IMG/VR virus record: IMGVR_UViG_3300047382_000771
Span: 136,095-200,094 of that record
From: a virus
Lineage: Duplodnaviria > Caudoviricetes
DNA: 64,000 bases
Strand: one strand, 5' to 3'
Position numbers and translations under genes: made by a program
Part shown: one piece after another, positions 10,193 through 19,781 of the stretch
Position numbering within the stretch: position 1 is the stretch's first letter
Layout: every line of letters starts with the position of its first letter
Notes under the pieces: generated by a model
The model's database searches: none
What the model saw: only the letters and a program-made list of their open reading frames with translations
What the model was told of the DNA's origin: nothing

Positions 10193-11749
10193 TTAGTTAA
10201 TGTAGTTCATGGCAATCTTAGACTCGTAGTACTTAGTGCCTACTTGAATGACTTTGCCAGCAAGATATTGTCTTGAAATATCGAAAGGTTCCGCATCGGG
10301 TGGTACCTCAGAAAAGAAAGGAACATTTTCCTCACCTTGTTCATTGATCCATGCTGGAGGAATGCCTGGGATAGAAGCTTTAGTATTTTCTTTGCCCCAT
10401 AGGAATAATCCTCTATTAGCATCATCGGCTCCACCAATTTGGGTAGAAAATACCAAGTCAACACTTTTATTTTCTCCGATAGAAGAACTAAAGTTTTCAG
10501 ACTCAAGTCTAGCTCCCTTTAATGTGAATTTAATAGCTTCTGCATCAGACTTAACTTCACATCCATAACATTCTGGATCAAATACTGTGACAGACACTTC
10601 GTGTTCATCGCATCCGCAAAGAAGATCAATCATGTTTCCTGCTTGTAAATCGGAAAGTGTCGCACTAACATTGAATGTCGCTGTTAATGGGAAGTCGATT
10701 GACTTAGAAAAACCAAATGTAGAACCAAGACGTTGCAAGGTTGTTCTAGCTAAAGGAAGGTTGATAGCACAAGACTGGATATGAGCACTTCCACGAACTG
10801 GAGCGTCAAGACTTCCTGTTACCTGCTTACTAATCAACGATTGTCCAGCTAAATCTAGAACCACATCTCCTGGTCGAAGGGCTGCGGTATCTTCGCATCC
10901 TGCATAACCACTGTCCGCTTGAGGAAGAGAGAATAATCCAGTACAACCTGGTGCTGAAGCTGGCTTGCATTTACCGCGTTCTCCGTTGTGCCATGCATCA
11001 CTAATTACAGCTGAATTAGCTGTGTCAACAGAAGGAAGGTCTAATCCAGTAGCTCCAACGTCACTACGGATATTCATGCCTTCAACCGTGCAGCTTACAG
11101 TAGGAATACTTCCTACAGAAATGTCAATACTATAGTCGGTAAGAAAACCATTTCCAAGAGAAATAACCGTTTTCTTCTCATCTCTTCCCTCTTCATCCAA
11201 AGTAACATCTGCGCCAATTGCATCACGAGCCTCAGGAACAGTTAAGATGAAGAAGTTGTGGCCAGCTTGGTAAAGCTCTGGAGACATAGCTCCACTCAAA
11301 GCATTAGTTACACCATTGGTTACGAATTCAAGCATACGCTCATTGTAGCCATCAAGCAAGTAATAAGAAAAGTCTAAGTTAACAGTTGGGGAGTCAATGA
11401 CAATAGAGTCAAGCTTAGAAAGTTGACCGTATTGATTGATGTCTTGTTTGTTGATAGTGAAGCCATAGTTCGCACTCTGGATTCTCTTTAACTGTTTAAT
11501 GATAGAACCGTGGCCTTCTGCATAATTAGCATCAGATCCATCTGGATTCCACTTTGGCCATTGGTCGCCGCAGCGCCATCCAACCATTTGACCCTTTGAA
11601 TTGACCCCGCCAGCAGCTTGGTCAGAATTAAGAGGAGGTGTCATTAGACCGTAACCGCCTTTACCAGTAAAATGGTATCCAGTGGAGTCGGGGCTAATGA
11701 AGAGCGCCTCTGATTGATAAATTACTCGATTTCTGTGAATAGATGACAT
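10193..11749 (-). CDS. Major tail tube-like protein, paralogue 2
   Basis: Beta-rich, with an internal repeat (RIQSANYGFTINKQDINQYG / HIQSCAINLPLARTTLQRLG). Lies upstream of the tape measure and is near-identical in places to 11784..13343. Confidence 0.65.
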   Translation of the reverse strand: MSSIHRNRVIYQSEALFISPDSTGYHFTGKGGYGLMTPPLNSDQAAGGVNSKGQMVGWRCGDQWPKWNPDGSDANYAEGHGSIIKQLKRIQSANYGFTINKQDINQYGQLSKLDSIVIDSPTVNLDFSYYLLDGYNERMLEFVTNGVTNALSGAMSPELYQAGHNFFILTVPEARDAIGADVTLDEEGRDEKKTVISLGNGFLTDYSIDISVGSIPTVSCTVEGMNIRSDVGATGLDLPSVDTANSAVISDAWHNGERGKCKPASAPGCTGLFSLPQADSGYAGCEDTAALRPGDVVLDLAGQSLISKQVTGSLDAPVRGSAHIQSCAINLPLARTTLQRLGSTFGFSKSIDFPLTATFNVSATLSDLQAGNMIDLLCGCDEHEVSVTVFDPECYGCEVKSDAEAIKFTLKGARLESENFSSSIGENKSVDLVFSTQIGGADDANRGLFLWGKENTKASIPGIPPAWINEQGEENVPFFSEVPPDAEPFDISRQYLAGKVIQVGTKYYESKIAMNYIN

Positions 11750-11783
11750 GATTTTTTTTCCTCGTGTATTAATGTATTAAAGT

Positions 11784-13343
11784 TTAAGCCCTATAACCTA
11801 AGATTTGCGCATCCGTGATACCATTACCAAGAAGATCTGCAGCGACAGCTGCAGTTAAAGCTCCGTCACTTGGATGTGTTGGTATATTTACCGCTCCTCC
11901 TGCTCCTGTCCATGCTGGAGGGATGCCTTTATGGGAGTTTTGGCTAGCACTATAGCCAGACAAAAATACTCCATTTCTTGAATCATCTGCTCCTCCTACT
12001 TGTACTGTAAATGTCATATCTACAGTTTTATTGTCGCCGATTGTTGATGAAAAATTCTCAGACTCTAGACGACAGCCTTTAAACCCAAACTTCATGGCAG
12101 CTTCACCTGTTTTCAGGTTACAAGAAGCACACTCTGGTGGGTAAATTGTTACAGTTAAATCTACAGATCCACATTCACATAATAGATCAGCAACATTTCC
12201 ACGCTTCACATCTGCGAGAGATGCCGAAACATTCATTGTTGCTGTAATGGGTACATCGATAGATTTCGAAAATCCAAAAGTATTACCAAGTCTTTGGAGC
12301 GTGGTCCTAGACATTGGAATGTTCATTGAAACAGACTGGATATGAGCAGTACCCTTTTGAGGTACATGACTATCTCCAGAATTCGTAATTGCAATAAGAG
12401 ATGAGTCTTTTAAATCTACCACAACATCTCCAGGCCTAAGTGCCGCAATATCGCCACACCCTGAAAAACCAGTTACTGCTGCGGGTAATGAATAAAGCCC
12501 CGTGCATGTGTTTGGATCACTGTGTATAACTTGATTGTTGTCATTATCATACTCCCATGCATCACTAATTTTAGAACCGTCGGTTAACCTAATGGCTGGA
12601 AGATTTAATCCAGTTTCTCCAATATCACTTTGCATATTCATGCCTTCAACAGTTACATTGGCTGTAGGAATAGAGCCTACGGCTACATCAATATTATAGT
12701 CTGTAATAAATCCGTTACCTAATGCTATTACTGTTTTCGATGTTGAACCGAATCCTGATTCAGTATCAAGTCTAACATCTCCAGCTACCGCATCACGGGC
12801 TTCAGGTACAGTTAGTAAGAAAAAGTTGTTTCCAGCTTGGTAAAGCTCAGGGGACAGTGCTCCGCTCAAAGAGTTTGTTCCCCCATCAATATTAAATTCT
12901 AGTAATCTTTCGTTTTCTCCATCAATAAGGAAATAACTAAAATCCATGTTTACAGTTGGCTGTTCTGTAACAATTGAGTCAAGCCTAGATAGTTGGCCGA
13001 ACTGATTGATATCAACCCTGTTTACAGTGAATCCGTAATTAACAGACTGGATTCTTTTTAGCTGCTTAATAATTGAACCATGGTCTTTAGCAAGATTAAC
13101 GTCATGCTTAGGGTCGTCGTAAGGAAAAGCGTTCCATTTTGGCCAAGCTGCTTGCGTATCATTCGGGTGCCAACCGCAGAGATATTCGCCCAGGGTACTG
13201 GACCCTGCGATTTCGGTACGGGTTTTGGGGGGAGTCATTAGACCCATTCCTCCGTTTCCCGTGAAGTGATAACCTGTGGCGTCTGGACTTAGAAATAAAG
13301 CTTCAGACTGGTAAATTACTCGGTTTCTGTGAATTGCAGGCAT
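11784..13343 (-). CDS. Major tail tube-like protein, paralogue 1
   Basis: Starts IHRNRVIYQSEALFLSPDATGYHFTG, as in 10193..11749, and is colinear with it throughout. Confidence 0.65.
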   Translation of the reverse strand: MPAIHRNRVIYQSEALFLSPDATGYHFTGNGGMGLMTPPKTRTEIAGSSTLGEYLCGWHPNDTQAAWPKWNAFPYDDPKHDVNLAKDHGSIIKQLKRIQSVNYGFTVNRVDINQFGQLSRLDSIVTEQPTVNMDFSYFLIDGENERLLEFNIDGGTNSLSGALSPELYQAGNNFFLLTVPEARDAVAGDVRLDTESGFGSTSKTVIALGNGFITDYNIDVAVGSIPTANVTVEGMNMQSDIGETGLNLPAIRLTDGSKISDAWEYDNDNNQVIHSDPNTCTGLYSLPAAVTGFSGCGDIAALRPGDVVVDLKDSSLIAITNSGDSHVPQKGTAHIQSVSMNIPMSRTTLQRLGNTFGFSKSIDVPITATMNVSASLADVKRGNVADLLCECGSVDLTVTIYPPECASCNLKTGEAAMKFGFKGCRLESENFSSTIGDNKTVDMTFTVQVGGADDSRNGVFLSGYSASQNSHKGIPPAWTGAGGAVNIPTHPSDGALTAAVAADLLGNGITDAQILGYRA

Positions 13344-13414
13344 TTTATATACTATGGTTTAATTGTGTTTACTTGCTAAGAATTACATTATCTTTTTCAT
13401 AATGTGAAATAAAA

Positions 13415-13996
13415 TTATTCTTGTTCATTTTGGTTATCGCAAAGATTCAAGCAGTCATCACCAATAGCTTGCCTAGGTACAGATCCATACATATTATATG
13501 CATATATCAAATCTTTTAATCTGCTATCTACTACCTTTGACATGTCTTGGAATTTTGCACTAACACTCGTTTTGTTTACAGCTGAATTAGAAAGAGACGC
13601 AGAACTTCTTTTTATTACTGTGTCACCTTCTCTTAATTCAATCCAATCGTTATCTGCTTGAGCCGCGCTTGTTGTAGTAGAGGCGGTAGCATTATTATTA
13701 GTAGCTACATTGCTATCGTATATTCCTCTAAGTATTTTTTGAGACTCTCTTCTATTATAATCTCTTAGGTATATTAATTGAAGTATTTCTGATTCCTCAT
13801 ACTGTAATCTTGGGTATGGGTTTCCATCGTCACCAGTAAAATGAAAGCTTTGGTTAATTAATGCATTCAGCTCCCCCAATCTACCACTCAATGTTCCAGA
13901 GATTGTTTGTAATTCCGCAGTCCTGTTGTCTGCCCCAGTAATGTAAGCGAATTCATATTCCATTAATCCGCTCGCTATTTGTCCTATTTGATTCAT
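13415..13996 (-). CDS. Hypothetical structural protein (possible adaptor)
   Basis: 193-aa ORF tightly packed in the tail operon. Confidence 0.5.
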   Translation of the reverse strand: MNQIGQIASGLMEYEFAYITGADNRTAELQTISGTLSGRLGELNALINQSFHFTGDDGNPYPRLQYEESEILQLIYLRDYNRRESQKILRGIYDSNVATNNNATASTTTSAAQADNDWIELREGDTVIKRSSASLSNSAVNKTSVSAKFQDMSKVVDSRLKDLIYAYNMYGSVPRQAIGDDCLNLCDNQNEQE

Positions 13997-13997
13997 T

Positions 13998-14687
13998 TTA
14001 TAATATTCCTTCTACCCTGCCCCATGCATTTTCTCCATCTATATTTAAATAAAGAGCAGGCTTTTTGTCGTAATATACTTCTTTAACAGTAGATAAGTTT
14101 ATTGATAATCCTGATTCGAGTTTCCTTGTGTCGTATTCTTTTTGGTAAATATCTAATCTATACCCACCTCTTTTCCAACAAAGACCTCCTTCTCCTGGGT
14201 AAATATTAGCATGGTCTGCACTACCCCTAGTTCCTTTGAGGAAAAAAGAATCTTCATCTATCACTTCTATTTCCCATTTTTGATTAACAGTAACATCTAC
14301 ATTAAATATTTCTACATCATCAAAATCTAAAAAACCATGCTGTGGGCAAGTTATAATACAATTAGCAGCATCTGTTTGCGGTATAACATCTACAATATTA
14401 ATTTGAATATCAATCTCTGTAATTTCATAGTCAGCTGCACCAATTCCTTGACCACCACAATATAGCACCTTAGACTCTGGTTCAAATACAAACGCTTTTG
14501 GTTTTTCTACAATAACTAGCTGGTTACTATCTTTATCGTATGTAACTTTAGTGGTAATCATCGCATCTGAAATCGCACACATAAATGTCTCATTAATACC
14601 TATGTCTGTTGGACTTGCTACGGGAATCAAATAACCAGTAGTTGGAACTATTGGTTCTAATTGTCGTATCTTTCTAAACCCTAACAT
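13998..14687 (-). CDS. Fibre-associated protein with an N-terminal KIRQL anchor motif and an FCCH-like domain
   Basis: RKIRQLEPIVPTTGYLIPVAS and IITCPQHGFLDFDDVEIFNV...DEDSFFLKG. Confidence 0.55.
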   Translation of the reverse strand: MLGFRKIRQLEPIVPTTGYLIPVASPTDIGINETFMCAISDAMITTKVTYDKDSNQLVIVEKPKAFVFEPESKVLYCGGQGIGAADYEITEIDIQINIVDVIPQTDAANCIITCPQHGFLDFDDVEIFNVDVTVNQKWEIEVIDEDSFFLKGTRGSADHANIYPGEGGLCWKRGGYRLDIYQKEYDTRKLESGLSINLSTVKEVYYDKKPALYLNIDGENAWGRVEGIL

Positions 14688-15610
14688 AATTTTGACTCTA
14701 GTTTATTTATTCTTTCTTCTTGGTTTTTTATACACTCTATTAAAAGTGGAATTATCTTATGATAAGCTACTGTAAGTTCCCCTCTACTATTTGGCTCAAC
14801 AGCTTCAGGAATTATAGATTCGATTTCTTGAGCTATAACTCCTATATCTTCTTCACCATTTTTATTGGTTTTATCATTCCAAGTAAAAGTTACACCATTT
14901 ATTCCATCTATCAAAGATATAGGGTTTTGTATTTTTTTAACATTATTTTTTAGAGATATGTCTGATGTATAGACTGCACCTTCTGATGAAGCGCCCCAAT
15001 TAGTTATAGATAAAGTTCCGTCCGCTGAAGCAGATAATCCTCCTCCGACTTTTACCCCTCCTAAAACACTATTAGTTGCAATAGGGAGGCTGTCAAGCGC
15101 TGCACTTAGTATACCATTACTATCTATATTTAACCCGTCCCCAACTCTTATAACTCCTATAGAACTATCAGAAGCAACCCTGAATGCATCGTAATTTAAT
15201 GTAGTGGTTCCATCTGAAGTTACTAAAAAACCATTGCCTACTTTAATTCCACCCAAAGTAGTTGCTGTCGCTTTAGGTAAAACATTGTAGGTCTCATCAA
15301 AAAATTGATTCAAAGTAAAAGAGGCTAGCTCGGTTTGGTTGCCATCCTCAAGGATTATTTTTGAGTCTTCTATAACTCCTGTTGCAACAGGCACCCCACT
15401 TACCTTAAGAAATTCTGTGAAATCCCCTCCTCTCACATATCCAGTAAAGTCTCTAGCCGTACCAGAGAACATATCATCACAAGTAAACGAACGGGTTTCA
15501 TATGGCATGTCTGGGTGATTTATCGCAATAGCCAATAAATTCTCCCCAGTAAAGTCTTCTGGTGATCCGCTAGGTAAATTTCTAAGTTTGATTAATCCCA
15601 TATATCTCAT
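14681..15610 (-). CDS. Tail fibre protein with a C-terminal peptidase S74 intramolecular chaperone
   Basis: Three A....LGG(I/V)KVG.G(L/F)...DG repeats. C-terminal SDISLKNNV...GVTFTW...DIGVIAQEIE..IPEAV...VAYHKIIPLLIECIK. Confidence 0.85.
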   Translation of the reverse strand: MRYMGLIKLRNLPSGSPEDFTGENLLAIAINHPDMPYETRSFTCDDMFSGTARDFTGYVRGGDFTEFLKVSGVPVATGVIEDSKIILEDGNQTELASFTLNQFFDETYNVLPKATATTLGGIKVGNGFLVTSDGTTTLNYDAFRVASDSSIGVIRVGDGLNIDSNGILSAALDSLPIATNSVLGGVKVGGGLSASADGTLSITNWGASSEGAVYTSDISLKNNVKKIQNPISLIDGINGVTFTWNDKTNKNGEEDIGVIAQEIESIIPEAVEPNSRGELTVAYHKIIPLLIECIKNQEERINKLESKLC

Positions 15611-15644
15611 GGGATATTACACCTATATTTATATCAGGCGAATA

Positions 15645-16631
15645 TTAAAAACCGTTTAAATCCATCAAGTCTTTCATGGATAACCTGCCACCTTTAGCTT
15701 TGGCTGCTTCATGCATAGACTTTTGGCTTGACTGCGTTTCGACACCCATATCTTCGTAATCTTGTTTTGTGGCCCCAACTACAGAAGATACTCCACCTTC
15801 ATTATTTTTTAATTTTTGCTCCATCTTTTCTCGGCTTGATTTGCCTTCTGCATAGTCCAATAACGCTGATGGGTTAGTTTTTACTCTTTCTGGGATATCT
15901 TTATTGGTTTCAAATATGTTTTTGAATATTTTTGTATAAATCAACAAGTGAAGCTGGAAATTAGTTAAATACACCACAGGCTTACCGTAAAAATCGTTTG
16001 AGGTTTCAGAAAAAGTATAGTAAGTTTTAAAAAAATCTTGAATAGCTAAATACTGTATTGACTCTTCAGAGAATCTTTCATTGAATTCATTATATGCAGA
16101 TATCATTGATTTTAATGTTTCATCATCTAGGAACTCAAATTCTTCTTCTGTATACAAGGGCTCTTTCTGCCTCACATCTTTGTAAAAAGATTTAGTTATA
16201 TAATAATCATTAGCCCTATTAGTTGCGTATCTCTCTGCCGAGTTTGAAATGATAATTTCCTTCTTTGCTTTCAAGACCTGAACATGCGCCTCTGCATCTT
16301 CTATTTGAGACTGCAATGTATCCTTTACCGACTGTAGAACCATTTCACTTTTAGTCGCTTTTAAATTCTTTATGAAATGCTCTTTTTCTACAATAACTTG
16401 ATCGTCATTAGGATCCCATTCACCAGCTTCTATTTGTTCTTCTAATACATCTTTTTCTTCAGGCATACCTTTCTGGATAGCATAATCTAGAAAGTTTTTA
16501 TATACTAGGTCGTAATCTACAACATCAGATATTTTCTTGTGTTGTATGTATACTCTTTTGTGCTTAATGAATGCGGTTGAGCATCCATCAATTATTTCTA
16601 CGAAATTTCTTCTGTATTCAGACTGTTCCAC
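15645..16631 (-). CDS. Hypothetical protein (possible tail assembly chaperone)
   Basis: 328-aa charged, helical ORF. Function is suggested by position only. Confidence 0.5.
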   Translation of the reverse strand: MEQSEYRRNFVEIIDGCSTAFIKHKRVYIQHKKISDVVDYDLVYKNFLDYAIQKGMPEEKDVLEEQIEAGEWDPNDDQVIVEKEHFIKNLKATKSEMVLQSVKDTLQSQIEDAEAHVQVLKAKKEIIISNSAERYATNRANDYYITKSFYKDVRQKEPLYTEEEFEFLDDETLKSMISAYNEFNERFSEESIQYLAIQDFFKTYYTFSETSNDFYGKPVVYLTNFQLHLLIYTKIFKNIFETNKDIPERVKTNPSALLDYAEGKSSREKMEQKLKNNEGGVSSVVGATKQDYEDMGVETQSSQKSMHEAAKAKGGRLSMKDLMDLNGF

Positions 16632-16639
16632 ATAGAGTC

Positions 16640-17401
16640 TTACACTGCTCCATCATCCATGTCTTGCTCTAATTTCTTAAAATCTTCTTCAGTAGTGTTT
16701 TGGCTGAAGTACCAAAAACTAACAAAAGCCATAAGTTTTTCTTTTGCTAGATCATAAATGGGATCTCCATTCTCGTCTTTTTCATAATAAGAGTCGAGCT
16801 TATCCTCGTAATCTTCACCCTGAAATAAAGGTCTATCAACACCATCGGGACCCTTACTGAAAGTTAGATTTACAAGATACCATAAAATAGTTTTGTTCTG
16901 AGCTTTTGTGTCAGCGGTATGGTTGAATACTGCTTGGTAAGTTGTTTCAAGATCCACGATAGCTCTTCTTACTTCAGCAAACTCTTCAGTAAGGCTCGTT
17001 ACGGATTCTTCATCTTCTTTGCTTTTAGACTTTTTGCTCATTAGCTTGGAAAGATTTGTTTGGATTTCTGCTAACTCAGAATAGCTCCTAACTAACTTTT
17101 GAGAATCTTCTTCGCTGAGTAACCCCCCAGAGTCACTGTATTTTTTAGCAAGCATAGCTTTAGTGAGAATGCCTTTTTTAATGCACTTACTCATTTCTAT
17201 AGAAAATTCCATGTCGGCATCTTCCACTTGCCTCCTGGAGGGCTGGTAAATAGTCACATCATGAGATGTTGGCTTTTTCACTTTTTTTGTTTTAGTGATT
17301 TCCTCCATTTCCCCAGTTTCTTTATTTTTAACTTTTGAAGTAGTACTTTCCTCTACTTCGCGCTCAACAGTAACCTTAAAGCTGTATATAACTTTTTTCA
17401 T
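16640..17401 (-). CDS. Hypothetical protein (possible tail assembly chaperone)
   Basis: 253-aa charged ORF. Function is suggested by position only. Confidence 0.5.
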   Translation of the reverse strand: MKKVIYSFKVTVEREVEESTTSKVKNKETGEMEEITKTKKVKKPTSHDVTIYQPSRRQVEDADMEFSIEMSKCIKKGILTKAMLAKKYSDSGGLLSEEDSQKLVRSYSELAEIQTNLSKLMSKKSKSKEDEESVTSLTEEFAEVRRAIVDLETTYQAVFNHTADTKAQNKTILWYLVNLTFSKGPDGVDRPLFQGEDYEDKLDSYYEKDENGDPIYDLAKEKLMAFVSFWYFSQNTTEEDFKKLEQDMDDGAV

Positions 17402-17425
17402 TTATTATTCCTTATACCTTGTAAT

Positions 17426-17716
17426 TTAATTATTAAATTTAAAACTTATTGTGAAGTGCTCTATATTATTATCATAATCTCTCATAACTTCGTTTCCCAT
17501 ATCTAAGATTTTCTTTCTTAAATATTTGAGTTTACTCTCGTCAAAATAATCTGCCTGCTCAATGATTGGGCCTAGAGCAGTTGGCATATTTGACTTAAGT
17601 TTACCAAAATGTATCTGGTGTTCTTGATGCAGATCTTCTACTAAAACAAGATAAGACTTAAATAAGTTCTTAATATTTTTCTTGTTTTTTTCTAATAATA
17701 TTTTTTCCGCTTCCAT
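17426..17716 (-). CDS. Hypothetical protein
   Basis: Start re-assigned to MEAEKILL (ATG 17716) to avoid overlap with the divergent gene at 17793. Confidence 0.55.
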   Translation of the reverse strand: MEAEKILLEKNKKNIKNLFKSYLVLVEDLHQEHQIHFGKLKSNMPTALGPIIEQADYFDESKLKYLRKKILDMGNEVMRDYDNNIEHFTISFKFNN

Positions 17717-17775
17717 ATTGCACCTTTTTCCTTGATATATTATATTAAAAGAATTACCTGTTTTTTTCAACTCGT

Positions 17776-17792
17776 GTGTAATAATATTTGTT
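17776..17792 (+). promoter_or_regulatory. Putative late-promoter motif GTGTAA
   Basis: GTGTAA-11 nt-ATG. The same motif precedes about 10 late units (see findings). Confidence 0.5.
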
Positions 17793-18239
17793 ATGTCATA
17801 TTTATCCTCCTCACAAAAGCAACTTTTTGAAAATGCTATGCAAAAAGTGCATGACACATTTGCTCGTTCAATTTTTGTCTACAAAGAGTCTCTGAAAGTT
17901 ATAGTTAGCACTGATCCAAACTTTAATTATTTATATAATAATGTAAAAGGGGTTAGTCAGACTGTCCGCAAATCTCAATTTAGTGTCATCACTGCTAGAA
18001 TTCATTACATGAATAAACAAGACGAGATAAGCTTTGACGGAGAAGCTAATTCACAATTAAACTTAACTCAAAATGTCGGAGAAGTTAGAATAAAAGTTGA
18101 CACAGAAGGTTATAAATATTTTAAAGACGCACAAAGAGTAGAGATAGATGGAAGAATGTTTTTTAAAGTTTCAGATGTAAGGAAACATGGTTTATTTTCT
18201 CCTAAATATTATACATTTTATTTACAGCCAAGTGATTAA
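17793..18239 (+). CDS. Putative head-closure/head-tail connector
   Basis: 148-aa beta-rich ORF (GEVRIKV...RVEIDGRMF), first of an inverted trio next to capsid genes. Confidence 0.5.
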   Translation: MSYLSSSQKQLFENAMQKVHDTFARSIFVYKESLKVIVSTDPNFNYLYNNVKGVSQTVRKSQFSVITARIHYMNKQDEISFDGEANSQLNLTQNVGEVRIKVDTEGYKYFKDAQRVEIDGRMFFKVSDVRKHGLFSPKYYTFYLQPSD

Positions 18240-18876
18240 TCCAAGAATAACACTGCGCGTAGATTCTGCGGGCCTTAGAAAAGATATACTATCTAGCTTA
18301 CCTAGGATGAATAACCACAAGGTGTTAGAGAGAAATCTAAGAGACTCTTCGGGGCAATTAATTTACAAAAAAATATTAAGATATAAAAACGAAATGATTA
18401 AAGAGTTCCTGCAGCATCCTGTTACAAAAGAGATTCTTGCTGGAGCTTCCTCTGGGAATCAGAGTGGTACATTAAGCGGCTATGGAAACCTTTTTACTTT
18501 TATTGGTTTCAATAAAGGGGACAACCCGATACAGCCAATTATACAATTATTAAATCAAACTAATTACCATTTTACTAAATTCGACAACAAGGGAAGCTTT
18601 ACTGTCAATATAGAAATACCTAGTGCCGACCAAATATTTAGAGCGACACCCTTGCCTTGGGCCCCTGGAATGAGCTGGGCACAAAGAATAGAAGTAGGCA
18701 TGCCTGGATTTGGTCGATACATGAATAAAACTAGTGATACAAGTCGGTCTGGCTTAGGTATACAAACAAAAAACCCTATTAGAGGTGGTGGATTTAAAAA
18801 CACAAGATATATATCTGATTTAATAAACAGGTGGACGAAGAAATTTAAAACAATAGGAAGTGTAACTACGCTATAA
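18232..18876 (+). CDS. Putative neck/tail-completion protein
   Basis: Likely GTG start at 18232 overlapping the upstream stop. Basic C-terminus (SRSGLGIQTKNPIRGGGFKNTRY) typical of neck proteins. Confidence 0.5.
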   Translation: MINPRITLRVDSAGLRKDILSSLPRMNNHKVLERNLRDSSGQLIYKKILRYKNEMIKEFLQHPVTKEILAGASSGNQSGTLSGYGNLFTFIGFNKGDNPIQPIIQLLNQTNYHFTKFDNKGSFTVNIEIPSADQIFRATPLPWAPGMSWAQRIEVGMPGFGRYMNKTSDTSRSGLGIQTKNPIRGGGFKNTRYISDLINRWTKKFKTIGSVTTL

Positions 18877-19781
18877 TGAAACCTCAATTCCAACACGAAG
18901 CAACCACAAGCTTTTCCTTATGGCTGGACAATTATTTTGTCAAAAAAGGTGAAGCTTTTTCCAACAAAACTGGAGAGCTATTCTATAAAGAAGATTTTAG
19001 AATACCTAGTTACCCTGACGATCCAGCAGGCTACATAACTTATTCAAGTGAATACAAGCAATGGGTATATAATGCAGACATGACAGACGCAGCTATTCCC
19101 GATGGAGTTTATGTCGATAGTGGTGATGGATATAAGTTTGTTAATAGAGGTGAAAATGGATTAGTTATAGATTTTGACAATGGCAGAGTTTTATTAAGTG
19201 GTGCATACTATGCAGGGGTTCATGATCAATTAAAGATAGAAGCAGATTTTGCGGTTAAAGATTATAATGTATATTTAGCTAGCGAAACAGAGGAAACACT
19301 CATATTAGAAAATAAATACAATACAAATAGTAGAACTATACCAGACTATGGAAAAGGCACAGGCATACCTCCTTACGAGCCAGTTGCCCCAGCCGCTTTC
19401 ATTTCCATGGAGAGTACGAACAATACTCCTTTTGCTTTGGGAGGAGAGGACTTAACAACACTTTACTTCAGGGTAGTTTTATTTGCTGAAAATTTATATC
19501 AACTTGATGGAGCAATGTCCCTGTGCGCAGATGCATATAATCTAGGTGTCTGCAATATAGGTTACGATGATTACCCCTTAACAGAATATGGGGATGTTAA
19601 GGATGGTAATTTTTCTTACTCAGATACAGTTAAGAATTCTACAAAAGTTCCAAAAATAATGTTTATTGAAAATGTAAATTCTTCAAAGATAAGTGATAGG
19701 GTTACGAATAAATCAAACCCTGGACTGCACCTAGGCTATGTAGATTTTACTGTTGCTCAGTCTAGGTTCCCTAGGCATTAA
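18876..19781 (+). CDS. Putative tail terminator/head-tail junction protein
   Basis: 301-aa ORF coupled by a TAATG overlap. PAAFISME...FALGG...FRVVLFAEN resembles tail terminators. Confidence 0.45.
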   Translation: MKPQFQHEATTSFSLWLDNYFVKKGEAFSNKTGELFYKEDFRIPSYPDDPAGYITYSSEYKQWVYNADMTDAAIPDGVYVDSGDGYKFVNRGENGLVIDFDNGRVLLSGAYYAGVHDQLKIEADFAVKDYNVYLASETEETLILENKYNTNSRTIPDYGKGTGIPPYEPVAPAAFISMESTNNTPFALGGEDLTTLYFRVVLFAENLYQLDGAMSLCADAYNLGVCNIGYDDYPLTEYGDVKDGNFSYSDTVKNSTKVPKIMFIENVNSSKISDRVTNKSNPGLHLGYVDFTVAQSRFPRH

